Source of the DNA: Auanema rhodensis | Lineage: Eukaryota; Animalia; Nematoda | DNA length: 64,000 bases | Reading direction: 5' to 3' | Assembly: GCA_964057225.1 (NCBI GenBank) | Contig: OZ059899.1 | Location: forward strand, 868,001-932,000 | Shown here: positions 10,073 to 25,800 of the stretch, piece after piece | How the letters are laid out: every line of letters begins with the position of its first letter | How positions within the stretch are numbered: position 1 is the stretch's first letter | The notes under the pieces: generated by a model | Told to the model about the DNA's origin: nothing | Databases searched by the model: none | What the model saw: only the letters and a program-made list of their open reading frames with translations | Translations under genes and position numbers: made by a program

Positions 10073-12878
10073 ATGTTTTTAGATTCCGTTTTTCAAGGCA
10101 AAGACGATGGACAATGTTATTCAACGAAAAAATTAATTCTTCAGGGTGAAAATCGAGGATATAAGTGTGAACTTATATCAGTTGATATCTCGGTGCATTT
10201 TCAAGCTAGCGCAAATCTGATAACACAGATCGACGCAGCTTAAAAATCCGCATCGAATGCACTATACTACATTGAGAAACGCTTAATACAAAAATTAGTT
10301 ATGATCGTTTGAAAAATGATGCATTAGTGTATGTTGAGTTTCCATGTACACTCAACATTGCTTCCAAAAACATTTTGACAAAAATTTTTTCGAAAAATTT
10401 CAAAATAATTTAGCGAAAAGTAGATGTTTTTAGATTCCGTTTCTCAAGGCAAAGACGATGGACAATGTTATTCAACGAAAAAATTAATTCTTCAGGGTGA
10501 AAATCGAGGATATAAGTGGGAACTTATATCAGTTGATATCTCGGTGCTTTTTTAAGCTAGCGCAAAACTGATAACACAGATCGACGCAGCTTAAAAATCC
10601 GCATCGAATGCACTATACTACATTGAGAAACGCTTAATACAAAAATTAGTTATGATCGTTTGAAAAATGATGCATTAGTGTATGTTGAGTTTCCATGTAC
10701 ACTCAACATTGCTTCCAAAAACATTTTGACAAAAATTTTTTCGAAAAATTTCAAAATAATTTAGCAAAAAGTAGATGTTTTTAGATTCCTTTTTTCAAGG
10801 CAAAGACGATGGACAATGTTATTCAACGAAAAAATTAATTCTTCAGGGTGAAAATCGAGGATTTATGTGTGAACTCATATCAGTTGATATCTCGGTGCAT
10901 TTTTAAGCTAGCGCAAATCTGATAACACAGATCGACGCAGCTCAAAAATCCGCATCGAATGCACTATACTACATTGAGAAACGCTTAATACAAAAATTAG
11001 TTATGATCGTTTGAAAAATGATGCATTAGTGTATGTTGAGTTTCCATGTACACTCAACATTGCTTCCAAAAACATTTTGACAAAAATTTTTTCGAAAAAT
11101 TTCAAAATAATTTAGCAAAAAGTAGATGTTTTTAGATTCCGTTTTTCAAAGCAAAGACGATGGACAATGTTATTCAACGAAAAAAATAATTCTTCAGGGT
11201 GAAAATCGAGGATATAAGTGGGAACTTATATCAGTTGATATCTCGGTGCTTTTTTAAGCTAGCGCAAAACTGATAACACAGATCGACGCAGCTTAAAAAT
11301 CCGCATCGAATGCACTATACTACATTGAGAAACGCTTAATACAAAAATTAGTTATGATCGTTTGAAAAATGATGCATTAGTGTATGTTGAGTTTCCATGT
11401 ACACTCAACATTGCTTCCAAAAACATTTTGACAAAAATTTTTTCGAAAAATTTCAAAATAATTTAGCGAAGTAGATGTTTTTAGATTCCGTTTTTCAAGG
11501 CAAAGACGATGGACAATGTTATTCAACGAAAAAATTAATTCTTCAGGGTGAAAATCGAGGATATAAGTGTGAACTTATATCAGTTGATATCTCGGTGCAT
11601 TTTCAAGCTAGCGCAAATCTGATAACACAGATCGACGCAGCTTAAAAATCCGCATCGAATGCACTATACTACATTGAGAAACGCTTAATACAAAAATTAG
11701 TTATGATCGTTTGAAAAATGATGCATTAGTGTATGTTGAGTTTCCATGTACACTCAACATTGCTTCCAAAAACATTTTGACAAAAATTTTTTCGAAAAAT
11801 TTCAAAATAATTTAGCGAAAAGTAGATGTTTTTAGATTCCGTTTTTCAAGGCAAAGACGATGGACAATGTTATTCAACGAAAAAATTAATTCTTCAGGGT
11901 GAAAATCGAGGATATAAGTGGGAACTTATATCAGTTGATATCTCGGTGCTTTTTTAAGCTAGCGCAAAACTGATAACACAGATCGACGCAGCTTAAAAAT
12001 CCGCATCGAATGCACTATACTACATTGAGAAACGCTTAATACAAAAATTAGTTATGATCGTTTGAAAAATGATGCATTAGTGTATGTTGAGTTTCCATGT
12101 ACACTCAACATTGCTTCCAAAAACATTTTGACAAAAATTTTTTCGAAAAATTTCAAAATAATTTAGCAAAAAGTAGATGTTTTTAGATTCCTTTTTTCAA
12201 GGCAAAGACGATGGACAATGTTATTCAACGAAAAAATTAATTCTTCAGGGTGAAAATCGAGGATTTATGTGTGAACTCATATCAGTTGATATCTCGGTGC
12301 ATTTTTAAGCTAGCGCAAATCTGATAACACAGATCGACGCAGCTCAAAAATCCGCATCGAATGCACTATACTACATTGAGAAACGCTTAATACAAAAATT
12401 AGTTATGATCGTTTGAAAAATGATGCATTAGTGTATGTTGAGTTTCCATGTACACTCAACATTGCTTCCAAAAACATTTTGACAAAAATTTTTTCGAAAA
12501 ATTTCAAAATAATTTAGCAAAAAGTAGATGTTTTTAGATTCCGTTTTTCAAAGCAAAGACGATGGACAATGTTATTCAACGAAAAAAATAATTCTTCAGG
12601 GTGAAAATCGAGGATATAAGTGGGAACTTATATCAGTTGATATCTCGGTGCTTTTTTAAGCTAGCGCAAAACTGATAACACAGATCGACGCAGCTCAAAA
12701 ATCCGCATCGAATGCACTATACTACATTGAGAAACGCTTAATACAAAAATTAGTTATGATCGTTTGAAAAATGATGCATTAGTGTATGTTGAGTTTCCAT
12801 GTACACTCAACATTGCTTCCAAAAACATTTTGACAAAAATTTTTTCGAAAAATTTCAAAATAATTTAGCAAAAAGTAG
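10073..12878 (+). repeat. Tandem tetramer duplication (2 x about 1.4 kb)
   Basis: The same four monomer types occur twice. The private GATTTATGT variant is at about 10860 and 12262 (1,402 apart, because of a 2-bp deletion near 11470). Confidence 0.8.
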
Positions 12879-15800
12879 ATGTTTTTAGATTCCTTTTTTC
12901 AAGGCAAAGACGATGGACAATGTTATTCAACGAAAAAATTAATTCTTCAGGGTGAAAATCGAGGATATAAGTGTGAACTTATATCAGTTGATATCTCGGT
13001 GCTTTTTTAAGCTAGCGCAAATCTGATAACACAGATCGACGCAGCTTAAAAATCCGCATCGAATGCACTATACTACATTGAGAAACGCTTAATACAAAAA
13101 TTAGTTATGATCGTTTGAAAAATGATGCATTAGTGTATGTTGAGTTTCCATGTACACTCAACATTGCTTCCAAAAACATTTTGACAAAAATTTTTTCGAA
13201 AAATTTCAAAATAATTTAGCAAAAAGTAGATGTTTTTAGATTCCGTTTTTCAAGGCAAAGACGATGGACAATGTTATTCAACGAAAAAAATAATTCTTCA
13301 GGGTGAAAATCGAGGATATAAGTGTGAACTTATATCAGTTGATATCTCGGTGCATTTTTAAGCTAGCGCAAATCTGATAACACAGATCGACGTAGCTTAA
13401 AAATCCGCATCGAATGCACTATACTACATTGAGAAACGCTTAATACAAAAATTAGTTATGATCGTTTGAAAAATGATGCATTAGTGTATGTTGAGTTTCC
13501 ATGTACACTCAACATTGCTTCCAAAAACATTTTGACAAAAATTTTTTCGAAAAATTTCAAAATAATTTAGCAAAAAGTAGATGTTTTTAGATTCCTTTTT
13601 TCAAGGCAAAGACGATGGACAATGTTATTCAACGAAAAAATTAATTCTTCAGGGTGAAAATCGAGGATATAAGTGTGAACTTATATCAGTTGATATCTCG
13701 GTGCTTTTTTAAGCTAGCGCAAATCTGATAACACTGATCGACGCAGCTTAAAAATCCGCATCGAATGCACTATACTACATTGAGAAACGCTTAATACAAA
13801 AATTAGTTATGATCGTTTGAAAAATGATGCATTAGTGTATGTTGAGTTTCCATGTACACTCAACATTGCTTCCAAAAACATTTTGACAAAAATTTTTTCG
13901 AAAAATTTCAAAATAATTTAGCAAAAAGTAGATGTTTTTAGATTCCGTTTTTCAAGGCAAAGACGATGGACAATGTTATTCAACAAAAAAATTAATTCTT
14001 CAGGGTGAAAATCGAGGATATAAGTGTGAACTTATATCAGTTGATATCTCGGTGCATTTTCAAGCTAGCGCAAATCTGATAACACAGATCGACGCAGCTC
14101 AAAAATCCGCATCGAATGCACTATACTACATTGAGAAACGCTTAATACAAAAATTAGTTATGATCGTTTGAAAAATGATGCATTAGTGTATGTTGAGTTT
14201 CCATGTACACTCAACATTGCTTCCAAAAACATTTTGACAAAAATTTTTTCGAAAAATTTCAAGATAATTTAGCGAAAAGTAGATGTTTTTAGATTCCGTT
14301 TTTCAAGGCAAAGACGATGGACAATGTTATTCAACGAAAAAATTAATTCTTCAGGGTGAAAATCGAAGATATAAGTGTGAACTTATATCAGTTGATATCT
14401 CGGTGCATTTTCAAGCTAGCGCAAATCTGATAACACAGATCGACGCAGCTCAAAAATCCGCATCGAATGCACTATACTACATTAAGAAACGCTTAATACA
14501 AAAATTAGTTATGATCGTTTGAAAAATGATGCATTAGTGTATGTTGAGTTTCCATGTACACTCAACATTGCTTCCAAAAACATTTTGACAAAGATTTTTT
14601 CGAAAAATTTCAAAATAATTTAGCGAAAAGTAGATGTTTTTAGATTCCGTTTTTCAAGGCAAAGACGATGGACAATGTTATTCAACGAAAAAAATAATTC
14701 TTCAGGGTGAAAATCGAGGATATAAGTGTGAACTTATATCAGTTGATATCTCGGTGCATTTTTAAGCTAGCGCAAATCTGATAACACAGATCGACGCAGC
14801 TCAAAAATCCGCATCGAATGCACTATACTACATTAAGAAACGCTTAATACAAAAATTAGTTATGATCGTTTGAAAAATGATGCATTAGTGTATGTTGAGT
14901 TTCCATGTACACACAACATTGCTTCCAAAAACATTTTGACAAAAATTTTTTCGAAAAATTTCAAAATAATTTAGCGAAAAGTAGATGTTTTTAGATTCCG
15001 TTTTTCAAGGCAAAGACGATGGACAATGTTATTCATCGAAAAAATTAATTCTTCAGGGTGAAAATCGAGCATATAAGTGTGAACTTATATCAGTTGATAT
15101 CTCGGTGCATTTTCAAGCTAGCGCAAATCTGATAACACAGATCGACGCAGCTCAAAAATCCGCATCGAATGCACTATACTACATTGAGAAACGCTTAATA
15201 CAAAAATTAGTTATGATCGTTTGAAAAATGATGCATTAGTGTATGTTGAGTTTCCATGTACACTCAACATTGCTTCCAAAAACATTTTGACACAAATTTT
15301 TTCGAAAAATTTCAAAATAATTTAGCAAAAAGTAGATGTTTTTAGATTCCGTTTTTCAAGGCAAAGACGATGGACATTGTTATTCAACGAAAAAAATAAT
15401 TCTTCAGGGTGAAAATCGAGGATATAAGTGTGAACTTATATCAGTTGATATCTCGGTGCTTTTTTAAGCTAGCGCAAATCTGATAACACAGATCGACGCA
15501 GCTCAAAAATCCGCATCGAATGCACTATACTACATTGAGAAACGCTTAATACAAAAATTAGTTATGATCGTTTGAAAAATGATGCATTAGTGTATGTTGA
15601 GTTTCCATGTACACTCAACATTGCTTCCAAAAACATTTTGACAAAATTTTTTCGAAAAATTTCAAGATAATTTAGCGAAAAGTAGATGTTTTTAGATTCC
15701 GTTTTTCTAGGCAAAGACGATGGACAATGTTATTCAACGAAAAAAATGATTCTTCAGGGTGAAAATCGAGGATATAAGTGTGAACTTATATCAGTTGATA

Positions 15801-16835
15801 TCTCGGTGCTTTTTTAAGCTAGCGCAAATCTGATAACACAGATCGACGCAGCTCAAAAATCCGCATCGAATGCACTATACTACATTGAGAAACGCTTAAT
15901 ACAAAAATTAGTTATGATTGTTTGAAAAATGATGCATTAGTGTATGTTGAGTTTCCATGTACACTCAACATTGCTTCCAAAAACATTTTGACAAAAATTT
16001 TTTCGAAAAATTTCAAGATAATTTAGCGAAAAGTAGATGTTTTTAAATTCCGTTTTTCAAGGCAAAGACGATGGACAATGTTATTCAACGAAAAAATTAA
16101 TTCTTCAGGGTGAAAATCGAGGATATAAGTGTGAACTTATATCAGTTGATATCTCGGTGCATTTTCAAGCTAGCGCAAATCTGATAACACAGATCGACGC
16201 AGCTCAAAAATCCGCATCGAATGCACTATACTACATTGAGAAACGCTTAATACAAAAATTAGTTATGATCGTTTGAAAAATGATGCATTAGTGTATGTTG
16301 AGTTTCCATGTACACTCAACATTGCTTCCAAAAACATTTTGACAAAAATTTTTTCGAAAAATTTCAAGATAATTTAGCGAAAAGTAGATGTTTTTAGATT
16401 CCGTTTTTCAAGGCAAAGACGATGGACAATGTTATTCAACGAAAAAATTAATTCTTCAGGGTGAAAATCGAGGATATAAGTGTGAACTTATATCAGTTGA
16501 TATCTCGGTGCATTTTCAAGCTAGCGCAAATCTGATAACACAGATCGACGCAGCTCAAAAATCCGCATCGAATGCACTATACTACATTAAGAAACGCTTA
16601 ATACAAAAATTAGTTATGATCGTTTGAAAAATTATGCATTAGTGTATGTTGAGTTTCCATGTACACTCAACATTGCTTCCAAAAACATTTTGACAAAAAT
16701 TTTTTCGAAAAATTTCAAAATAATTTAGCGAAAAGTAGATGTTTTTAGATTCCGTTTTTCAAGGCAAAGACGATGGACAATGTTATTCAACGAAAAAAAT
16801 AATTCTTCAGGGTGAAAATCGAGGATATAAGTGTG

Positions 16836-19800
16836 AACTTATATCAGTTGATATCTCGGTGCATTTTTAAGCTAGCGCAAATCTGATAACACAGATCGAC
16901 GTAGCTTAAAAATCCGCATCGAATGCACTATACTACATTAAGAAACGCTTAATACAAAAATTAGTTATGATCGTTTGAAAAATGATGCATTAGTGTATGT
17001 TGAGTTTCCATGTACACTCAACATTGCTTCCAAAAACATTTAGACAAAAATTTTTTTCGAAAAATTTCAAAATAATTTAGCGAAAAGTAGATGTTTTTAG
17101 ATTCCGTTTTTCAAGGCAAAGACGATGGACAATGTTATTCATCGAAAAAATTAATTCTTCAGGGTGAAAATCGAGGATATAAGTGTGAACTTATATCAGT
17201 TGATATCTCGGTGCATTTTCAAGCTAGCGCAAATCTGATAACACAGATCGACGCAGCTCAAAAATCCGCATCGAATGCACTATACTACATTAAGAAACGC
17301 TTAATACAAAAATTAGTTATGATCGTTTGAAAAATGATGCATTAGTGTATGTTGAGTTTCCATGTACACTCAACATTGCTTCCAAAAACATTTTGACAAA
17401 AATTTTCTCGAAAAATTTCAAAATAATTTAGCGAAAAGTAGATGTTTTTAGATTCCGTTTTTCAAGGCAAAGACGATGGACAATGTTATTCATCGAAAAA
17501 ATTAATTCTTCAGGGTGAAAATCGAGGATATAAGTGTGAACTTATATCAGTTGATATCTCGGTGCATTTTCAAGCTAGCGCAAATCTGATAACACAGATC
17601 GACGCAGCTCAAAAATCCGCATCGAATGCACTATACTACATTGAGAAACGCTTAATACAAAAATTAGTTATGATCGTTTGAAAAATGATGCATTAGTGTA
17701 TGTTGAGTTTCCATGTACACTCAACATTGCTTCCAAAAACATTTTGACAAAAATTTTTTCGAAAAATTTCAAAATAATTTAGCAAAAAGTAGATGTTTTT
17801 AGATTCCGTTTTTCAAGGCAAAGACGATGGACAATGTTATTCAACGAAAAAAATAATTCTTCAGGGTGAAAATCGAGGATATAAGTGTGAACTTATATCA
17901 GTTGATATCTCGGTGCTTTTTTAAGCTAGCGCAAATCTGCTAATGCATCATTTTTCAAACAATCATAACTAATTTTTGTATTAAGCGTTTCTCAATGTAG
18001 TATAGTGCATTCGATGCGGATTTTTGAGCTGCGTCGATCTGTGTTATCAGATTTGCGCTAGCTTAAAAAAGCACCGAGATATCAACTGATATAAGTTCAC
18101 ACTTATATCCTCGATTTTCACCCTGAAGAATTATTTTTTTCGTTGAATAACATTGTCCATCGTCTTTGCCTTGAAAAACGGAATCTAAAAACATCTACTT
18201 TTTGCTAAATTATTTTGAAATTTTTCGAAAAAATTTTTGTCAAAATGTTTTTGGAAGCAATGTTGAGTGTACATGGAAACTCAACATACACTAATGCATC
18301 ATTTTTCAAACGATCATAACTAATTTTTGTATTAAGCGTTTCTCAATGTAGTAATCTAAAAACATCTACTTTTCGCTAAATTATTTTGAAATTTTTCGAA
18401 AAAATTTTTGTCAAAATGTTTTTGGAAGCAATGTTGAGTGTACATGGAAACTCAACATACACTAATGCATCATTTTTCAAACGATCATAACTAATTTTTG
18501 TATTAAGCGTTTCTCAATGTAGTATAGTGCATTCGATGCGGATTTTTAAGCTGCGTCGATCTGTGTTATCAGTTTTGCGCTAGCTTAAAAAAGCACCGAG
18601 ATATCAACTGATATAAGTTCCCACTTATATCCTCGATTTTCACCCTGAAGAATTAATTTTTTCGTTGAATAACATTGTCCATCGTCTTTGCCTTGAAAAA
18701 CGGAATCTAAAAACATCTACTTTTCGCTAAATTATTTTGAAATTTTTCGAAAAAATTTTTGTCAAAATGTTTTTGGAAGCAATGTTGAGTGTACATGGAA
18801 ACTCAACATACACTAATGCATCATTTTTCAAACGATCATAACTAATTTTTGTATTAAGCGTTTCTCAATGTAGTATAGTGCATTCGATGCGGATTGTTGA
18901 GCTGCGTCGATCTGTGTTATCAGATTTGCGCTAGCTTAAAAATGCACCGAGATATCAACTGATATGAGTTCACACATATATCCTCGATTTTCACCCTGAA
19001 GAATTAATTTTTTCGTTGAATAACATTGTCCATCGTCTTTGCCTCGAAAAAAGGAATCTAAAAACATCTACTTTTTGCTAAATTATTTTGAAATTTTTCG
19101 AAAAAATTTTTGTCAAAATGTTTTTGGAAGCAATGTTGAGTGTACATGGAAACTCAACATACACTAATGCATCATTTTTCAAACGATCATAACTAATTTT
19201 TGTATTAAGCGTTTCTCAATGTAGTATAGTGCATTCGATGCGGATTTTTAAGCTGCGTCGATCTGTAAGGATATAAGTGGGAACTTATATCAGTTGATAT
19301 CTCGGTGCTTTTTTAAGCTAGCGCAAAACTGATAACACAGATCGACGCAGCTTAAAAATCCGCATCGAATGCACTATACTACATTGAGAAACGCTTAATA
19401 CAAAAATTAGTTATGATCGTTTGAAAAATGATGCATTAGTGTATGTTGAGTTTCCATGTACACTCAACATTGCTTCCAAAAACATTTTGACAAAAATTTT
19501 TTCGAAAAATTTCAAAATAATTTAGCAAAAAGTAGATGTTTTTAGATTCCTTTTTTCAAGGCAAAGACGATGGACAATGTTATTCAACGAAAAAATTAAT
19601 TCTTCAGGGTGAAAATCGAGGATATATGTGTGAACTCATATCAGTTGATATCTCGGTGCATTTTTAAGCTAGCGCAAATCTGATAACACAGATCGACGCA
19701 GCTCAACAATCCGCATCGAATGCACTATACTACATTGAGAAACGCTTAATACAAAAATTAGTTATGATCGTTTGAAAAATGATGCATTAGTGTATGTTGA

Positions 19801-22800
19801 GTTTCCATGTACACTCAACATTGCTTCCAAAAACATTTTGACAAAAATTTTTTCGAAAAATTTCAAAATAATTTAGCGAAAAGTAGATGTTTTTAGATTC
19901 CGTTTTTCAAGGCAAAGACGATGGACAATGTTATTCAACGAAAAAATTAATTCTTCAGGGTGAAAATCGAGGATATAAGTGGGAACTTATATCAGTTGAT
20001 ATCTCGGTGCTTTTTTAAGCTAGCGCAAAACTGATAACACAGATCGACGCAGCTTAAAAATCCGCATCGAATGCACTATACTACATTGAGAAACGCTTAA
20101 TACAAAAATTAGTTATGATCGTTTGAAAAATGATGCATTAGTGTATGTTGAGTTTCCATGTACACTCAACATTGCTTCCAAAAACATTTTGACAAAAATT
20201 TTTTCGAAAAATTTCAAAATAATTTAGCAAAAAGTAGATGTTTTTAGATTCCTTTTTTCAAGGCAAAGACGATGGACAATGTTATTCAACGAAAAAATTA
20301 ATTCTTCAGGGTGAAAATCGAGGATATATGTGTGAACTCATATCAGTTGATATCTCGGTGCATTTTTAAGCTAGCGCAAATCTGATAACACAGATCGACG
20401 CAGCTCAACAATCCGCATCGAATGCACTATACTACATTGAGAAACGCTTAATACAAAAATTAGTTATGATCGTTTGAAAAATGATGCATTAGTGTATGTT
20501 GAGTTTCCATGTACACTCAACATTGCTTCCAAAAACATTTTGACAAAAATTTTTTCGAAAAATTTCAAGATAATTTAGCGAAAAGTAGATGTTTTTAGAT
20601 TCCGTTTTTCAAGGCAAAGACGATGGACAATGTTATTCAACGAAAAAATTAATTCTTCAGGGTGAAAATCGAGGATATAAGTGTGAACATATATCAGTTG
20701 ATATCTCGGTGCATTTTCAAGCTAGCGCAAATCTGATAACACAGATCGACGCAGCTCAAAAATCCGCATCGAATGCACTATACTACATTGAGAAACGCTT
20801 AATACAAAAATTAGTTATGATCGTTTGAAAAATGATGCATTAGTGTATGTTGAGTTTCCATGTACACTCAACATTGCTTCCAAAAACATTTTGACAAAAA
20901 TTTTTTCGAAAAATTTCAAGATAATTTAGCGAAAAGTAGATGTTTTTAGATTTCGTTTTTCAAGGCAAAGACGATGGACAATGTTATTCAACGAAAAAAT
21001 TAATTCTTCAGGGTGAAAATTGAGGATATAAGTGTGAACTTATATCAGTTGATATCTCGGTGCATTTTCAAGCTAGCGCAAATCTGATAACACAGATCGA
21101 CGCAGCTCAACAATCCGCATCGAATGCACTATACTACATTGAGAAACGCTTAATACAAAAATTAGTTATGATCGTTTGAAAAATGATGCATTAGTGTATG
21201 TTGAGTTTCCATGTACACTCAACATTGCTTCCAAAAACATTTTGACAAAAATTTTTTCGAAAAATTTCAAGATAATTTAGCGAAAAGTAGATGTTTTTAG
21301 ATTTCGTTTTTCAAGGCAAAGACGATGGACAATGTTATTCAACGAAAAAATTAATTCTTCAGGGTGAAAATCGAGGATATAAGTGTGAACATATATCAGT
21401 TGATATCTCGGTGCATTTTCAAGCTAGCGCAAATCTGATAACACAGATCGACGCAGCTCAAAAATCCGCATCGAATGCACTATACTACATTGAGAAACGC
21501 TTAATACAAAAATTAGTTATGATCGTTTGAAAAATGATGCATTAGTGTATGTTGAGTTTCCATGTACACTCAACATTGCTTCCAAAAACATTTTGACAAA
21601 AATTTTTTCGAAAAATTTCAAGATAATTTAGCGAAAAGTAGATGTTTTTAGATTCCGTTTTTCAAGGCAAAGACGATGGACAATGTTATTCAACGAAAAA
21701 ATTAATTCTTCAGGGTGAAAATCGAGGATATATGTGTGAACTCATATCAGTTGATATCTCGGTGCATTTTTAAGCTAGCGCAAATCTGATAACACAGATC
21801 GACGCAGCTCAACAATCCGCATCGAATGCACTATACTACATTGAGAAACGCTTAATACAAAAATTAGTTATGATCGTTTGAAAAATGATGCATTAGTGTA
21901 TGTTGAGTTTCCATGTACACTCAACATTGCTTCCAAAAACATTTTGACAAAAATTTTTTCGAAAAATTTCAAAATAATTTAGCGAAAAGTAGATGTTTTT
22001 AGATTCCGTTTTTCAAGGCAAAGACGATGGACAATGTTATTCAACGAAAAAATTAATTCTTCAGGGTGAAAATCGAGGATATAAGTGGGAACTTATATCA
22101 GTTGATATCTCGGTGCTTTTTTAAGCTAGCGCAAAACTGATAACACAGATCGACGCAGCTTAAAAATCCGCATCGAATGCACTATACTACATTGAGAAAC
22201 GCTTAATACAAAAATTAGTTATGATCGTTTGAAAAATGATGCATTAGTGTATGTTGAGTTTCCATGTACACTCAACATTGCTTCCAAAAACATTTTGACA
22301 AAAATTTTTTCGAAAAATTTCAAAATAATTTAGCGAAAAGTAGATGTTTTTAGATTCCGTTTTTCAAGGCAAAGACGATGGACAATGTTATTCAACGAAA
22401 AAATTAATTCTTCAGGGTGAAAATCGAGGATATAAGTGGGAACTTATATCAGTTGATATCTCGGTGCATTTTTAAGCTAGCGCAAATCTGATAACACAGA
22501 TCGACGCAGCTCAACAATCCGCATCGAATGCACTATACTACATTGAGAAACGCTTAATACAAAAATTAGTTATGATCGTTTGAAAAATGATGCATTAGTG
22601 TATGTTGAGTTTCCATGTACACTCAACATTGCTTCCAAAAACATTTTGACAAAAATTTTTTCGAAAAATTTCAAGATAATTTAGCGAAAAGTAGATGTTT
22701 TTAGATTCCGTTTTTCAAGGCAAAGACGATGGACAATGTTATTCAACGAAAAAATTAATTCTTCAGGGTGAAAATCGAGGATATAAGTGTGAACATATAT

Positions 22801-25800
22801 CAGTTGATATCTCGGTGCATTTTCAAGCTAGCGCAAATCTGATAACACAGATCGACGCAGCTCAAAAATCCGCATCGAATGCACTATACTACATTGAGAA
22901 ACGCTTAATACAAAAATTAGTTATGATCGTTTGAAAAATGATGCATTAGTGTATGTTGAGTTTCCATGTACACTCAACATTGCTTCCAAAAACATTTTGA
23001 CAAAAAATTTTTCGAAAAATTTCAAGATAATTTAGCGAAAAGTAGATGTTTTTAGATTCCGTTTTTCAAGGCAAAGACGATGGACAATGTTATTCAACGA
23101 AAAAATTAATTCTTCAGGGTGAAAATTGAGGATATAAGTGTGAACTTATATCAGTTGATATCTCGGTGCATTTTCAAGCTAGCGCAAATCTGATAACACA
23201 GATCGACGCAGCTCAAAAATCCGCATCGAATGCACTATACTACATTAAGAAACGCTTAATACAAAATTTAGTTATGATCGTTTGAAAAATGATGCATTAG
23301 TGTATGTTGAGTTTCCATGTACACTCAACATTGCTTCCAAAAACATTTTGACAAAAATTTTTTCGAAAAATTTCAAAATAATTTAGCAAAAAGTAGATGT
23401 TTTTAGATTCCGTTTTTCAAAGCAAAGACGATGGACAATGTTATTCAACGAAAAAAATAATTCTTCAGGGTGAAAATCGAGGATATAAGTGGGAACTTAT
23501 ATCAGTTGATATCTCGTTGCTTTTTTAAGCTAGCGCAAAACTGATAACACAGATCGACGCAGCTTAAAAATCCGCATCGAATGCACTATACTACATTGAG
23601 AAACGCTTAATACAAAAATTAGTTATGATCGTTTGAAAAATGATGCATTAGTGTATGTTGAGTTTCCATGTACACTCAACATTGCTTCCAAAAACATTTT
23701 GACAAAAATTTTTTCGAAAAATTTCAAAATAATTTAGCAAAAAGTAGATGTTTTTAGATTCCTTTTTTCAAGGCAAAGACGATGGACAATGTTATTCAAC
23801 GAAAAAATTAATTCTTCAGGGTGAAAATCGAGGATATAAGTGTGAACTTATATCAGTTGATATCTCGGTGCTTTTTTAAGCTAGCGCAAATCTGATAACA
23901 CAGATCGACGCAGCTTAAAAATCCGCATCGAATGCACTATACTACATTGAGAAACGCTTAATACAAAAATTAGTTATGATCGTTTGAAAAATGATGCATT
24001 AGTGTATGTTGAGTTTCCATGTACACTCAACATTGCTTCCAAAAACATTTTGACAAAAATTTTTTCGAAAAATTTCAAAATAATTTAGCAAAAAGTAGAT
24101 GTTTTTAGATTCCGTTTTTCAAGGCAAAGACGATGAACAATGTTATTCAACGAAAAAAATAATTCTTCAGGGTGAAAATCGAGGATATAAGTGTGAACTT
24201 ATATCAGTTGATATCTCGGTGCTTTTTTAAGCTAGCGCAAATCTGATAACACAGATCGACGCAGCTTAAAAATCCGCATCGAATGCACTATACTACATTG
24301 AGAAACGCTTAATACAAAAATTAGTTATGATCGTTTGAAAAATGATGCATTAGTGTATGTTGAGTTTCCATGTACACTCAACATTGCTTCCAAAAACATT
24401 TTGACAAAAATTTTTTCGAAAAATTTCAAGATAATTTAGCGAAAAGTAGATGTTTTTAGATTCCGTTTTTCAAGGCAAAGACGATGGACAATGTTATTCA
24501 ACGAAAAAATTAATTCTTCAGGGTGAAAATCGAGGATATAAGTGTGAACTTATATCAGTTGATATCTCGGTGCATTTTCAAGCTAGCGCAAATCTGATAA
24601 CACAGATCGACGCAGCTCAAAAATCCGCATCGAATGCACTATACTACATTGAGAAACGCTTAATACAAAAATTAGTTATGATCGTTTGAAAAATGATGCA
24701 TTAGTGTATGTTGAGTTTCCATGTACACTCAACATTGCTTCCAAAAACATTTTGACAAAAATTTTTTCGAAAAATTTCAAGAAAATTTAGCGAAAAGTAG
24801 ATGTTTTTAGATTCCGTTTTTCAAGGCAAAGACGATGGACAATGTTATTCAACGAAAAAATTAATTCTTCAGGGTGAAAATCGAGGATATAAGTGTGAAC
24901 ATATATCAGTTGATATCTCGGTGCATTTTCAAGCTAGCGCAAATCTGATAACACAGATCGACGCAGCTCAAAAATCCGCATCGAATGCACTATACTACAT
25001 TGAGAAACGCTTAATACAAAAATTAGTTATGATTGTTTGAAAAATGATGCATTAGTGTATGTTGAGTTTCCATGTACACTCAACATTGCTTCCAAAAACA
25101 TTTTGACAAAAATTTTTTCGAAAAATTTCAAGATAATTTAGCGAAAAGTAGATGTTTTTAAATTCCGTTTTTCAAGGCAAAGACGATGGACAATGTTATT
25201 CAACGAAAAAATTAATTCTTCAGGGTGAAAATCGAGGATATAAGTGTGAACTTATATCAGTTGATATCTCGGTGCATTTTCAAGCTAGCGCAAATCTGAT
25301 AACACAGATCGACGCAGCTCAAAAATCCGCATCGAATGCACTATACTACATTGAGAAACGCTTAATACAAAAATTAGTTATGATCGTTTGAAAAATGATG
25401 CATTAGTGTATGTTGAGTTTCCATGTACACTCAACATTGCTTCCAAAAACATTTTGACAAAAATTTTTTCGAAAAATTTCAAGATAATTTAGCGAAAAGT
25501 AGATGTTTTTAGATTCCGTTTTTCAAGGCAAAGACGATGGACAATGTTATTCAACGAAAAAATTAATTCTTCAGGGTGAAAATCGAGGATATAAGTGTGA
25601 ACTTATATCAGTTGATATCTCGGTGCATTTTCAAGCTAGCGCAAATCTGATAACACAGATCGACGCAGCTCAAAAATCCGCATCGAATGCACTATACTAC
25701 ATTAAGAAACGCTTAATACAAAAATTAGTTATGATCGTTTGAAAAATTATGCATTAGTGTATGTTGAGTTTCCATGTACACTCAACATTGCTTCCAAAAA

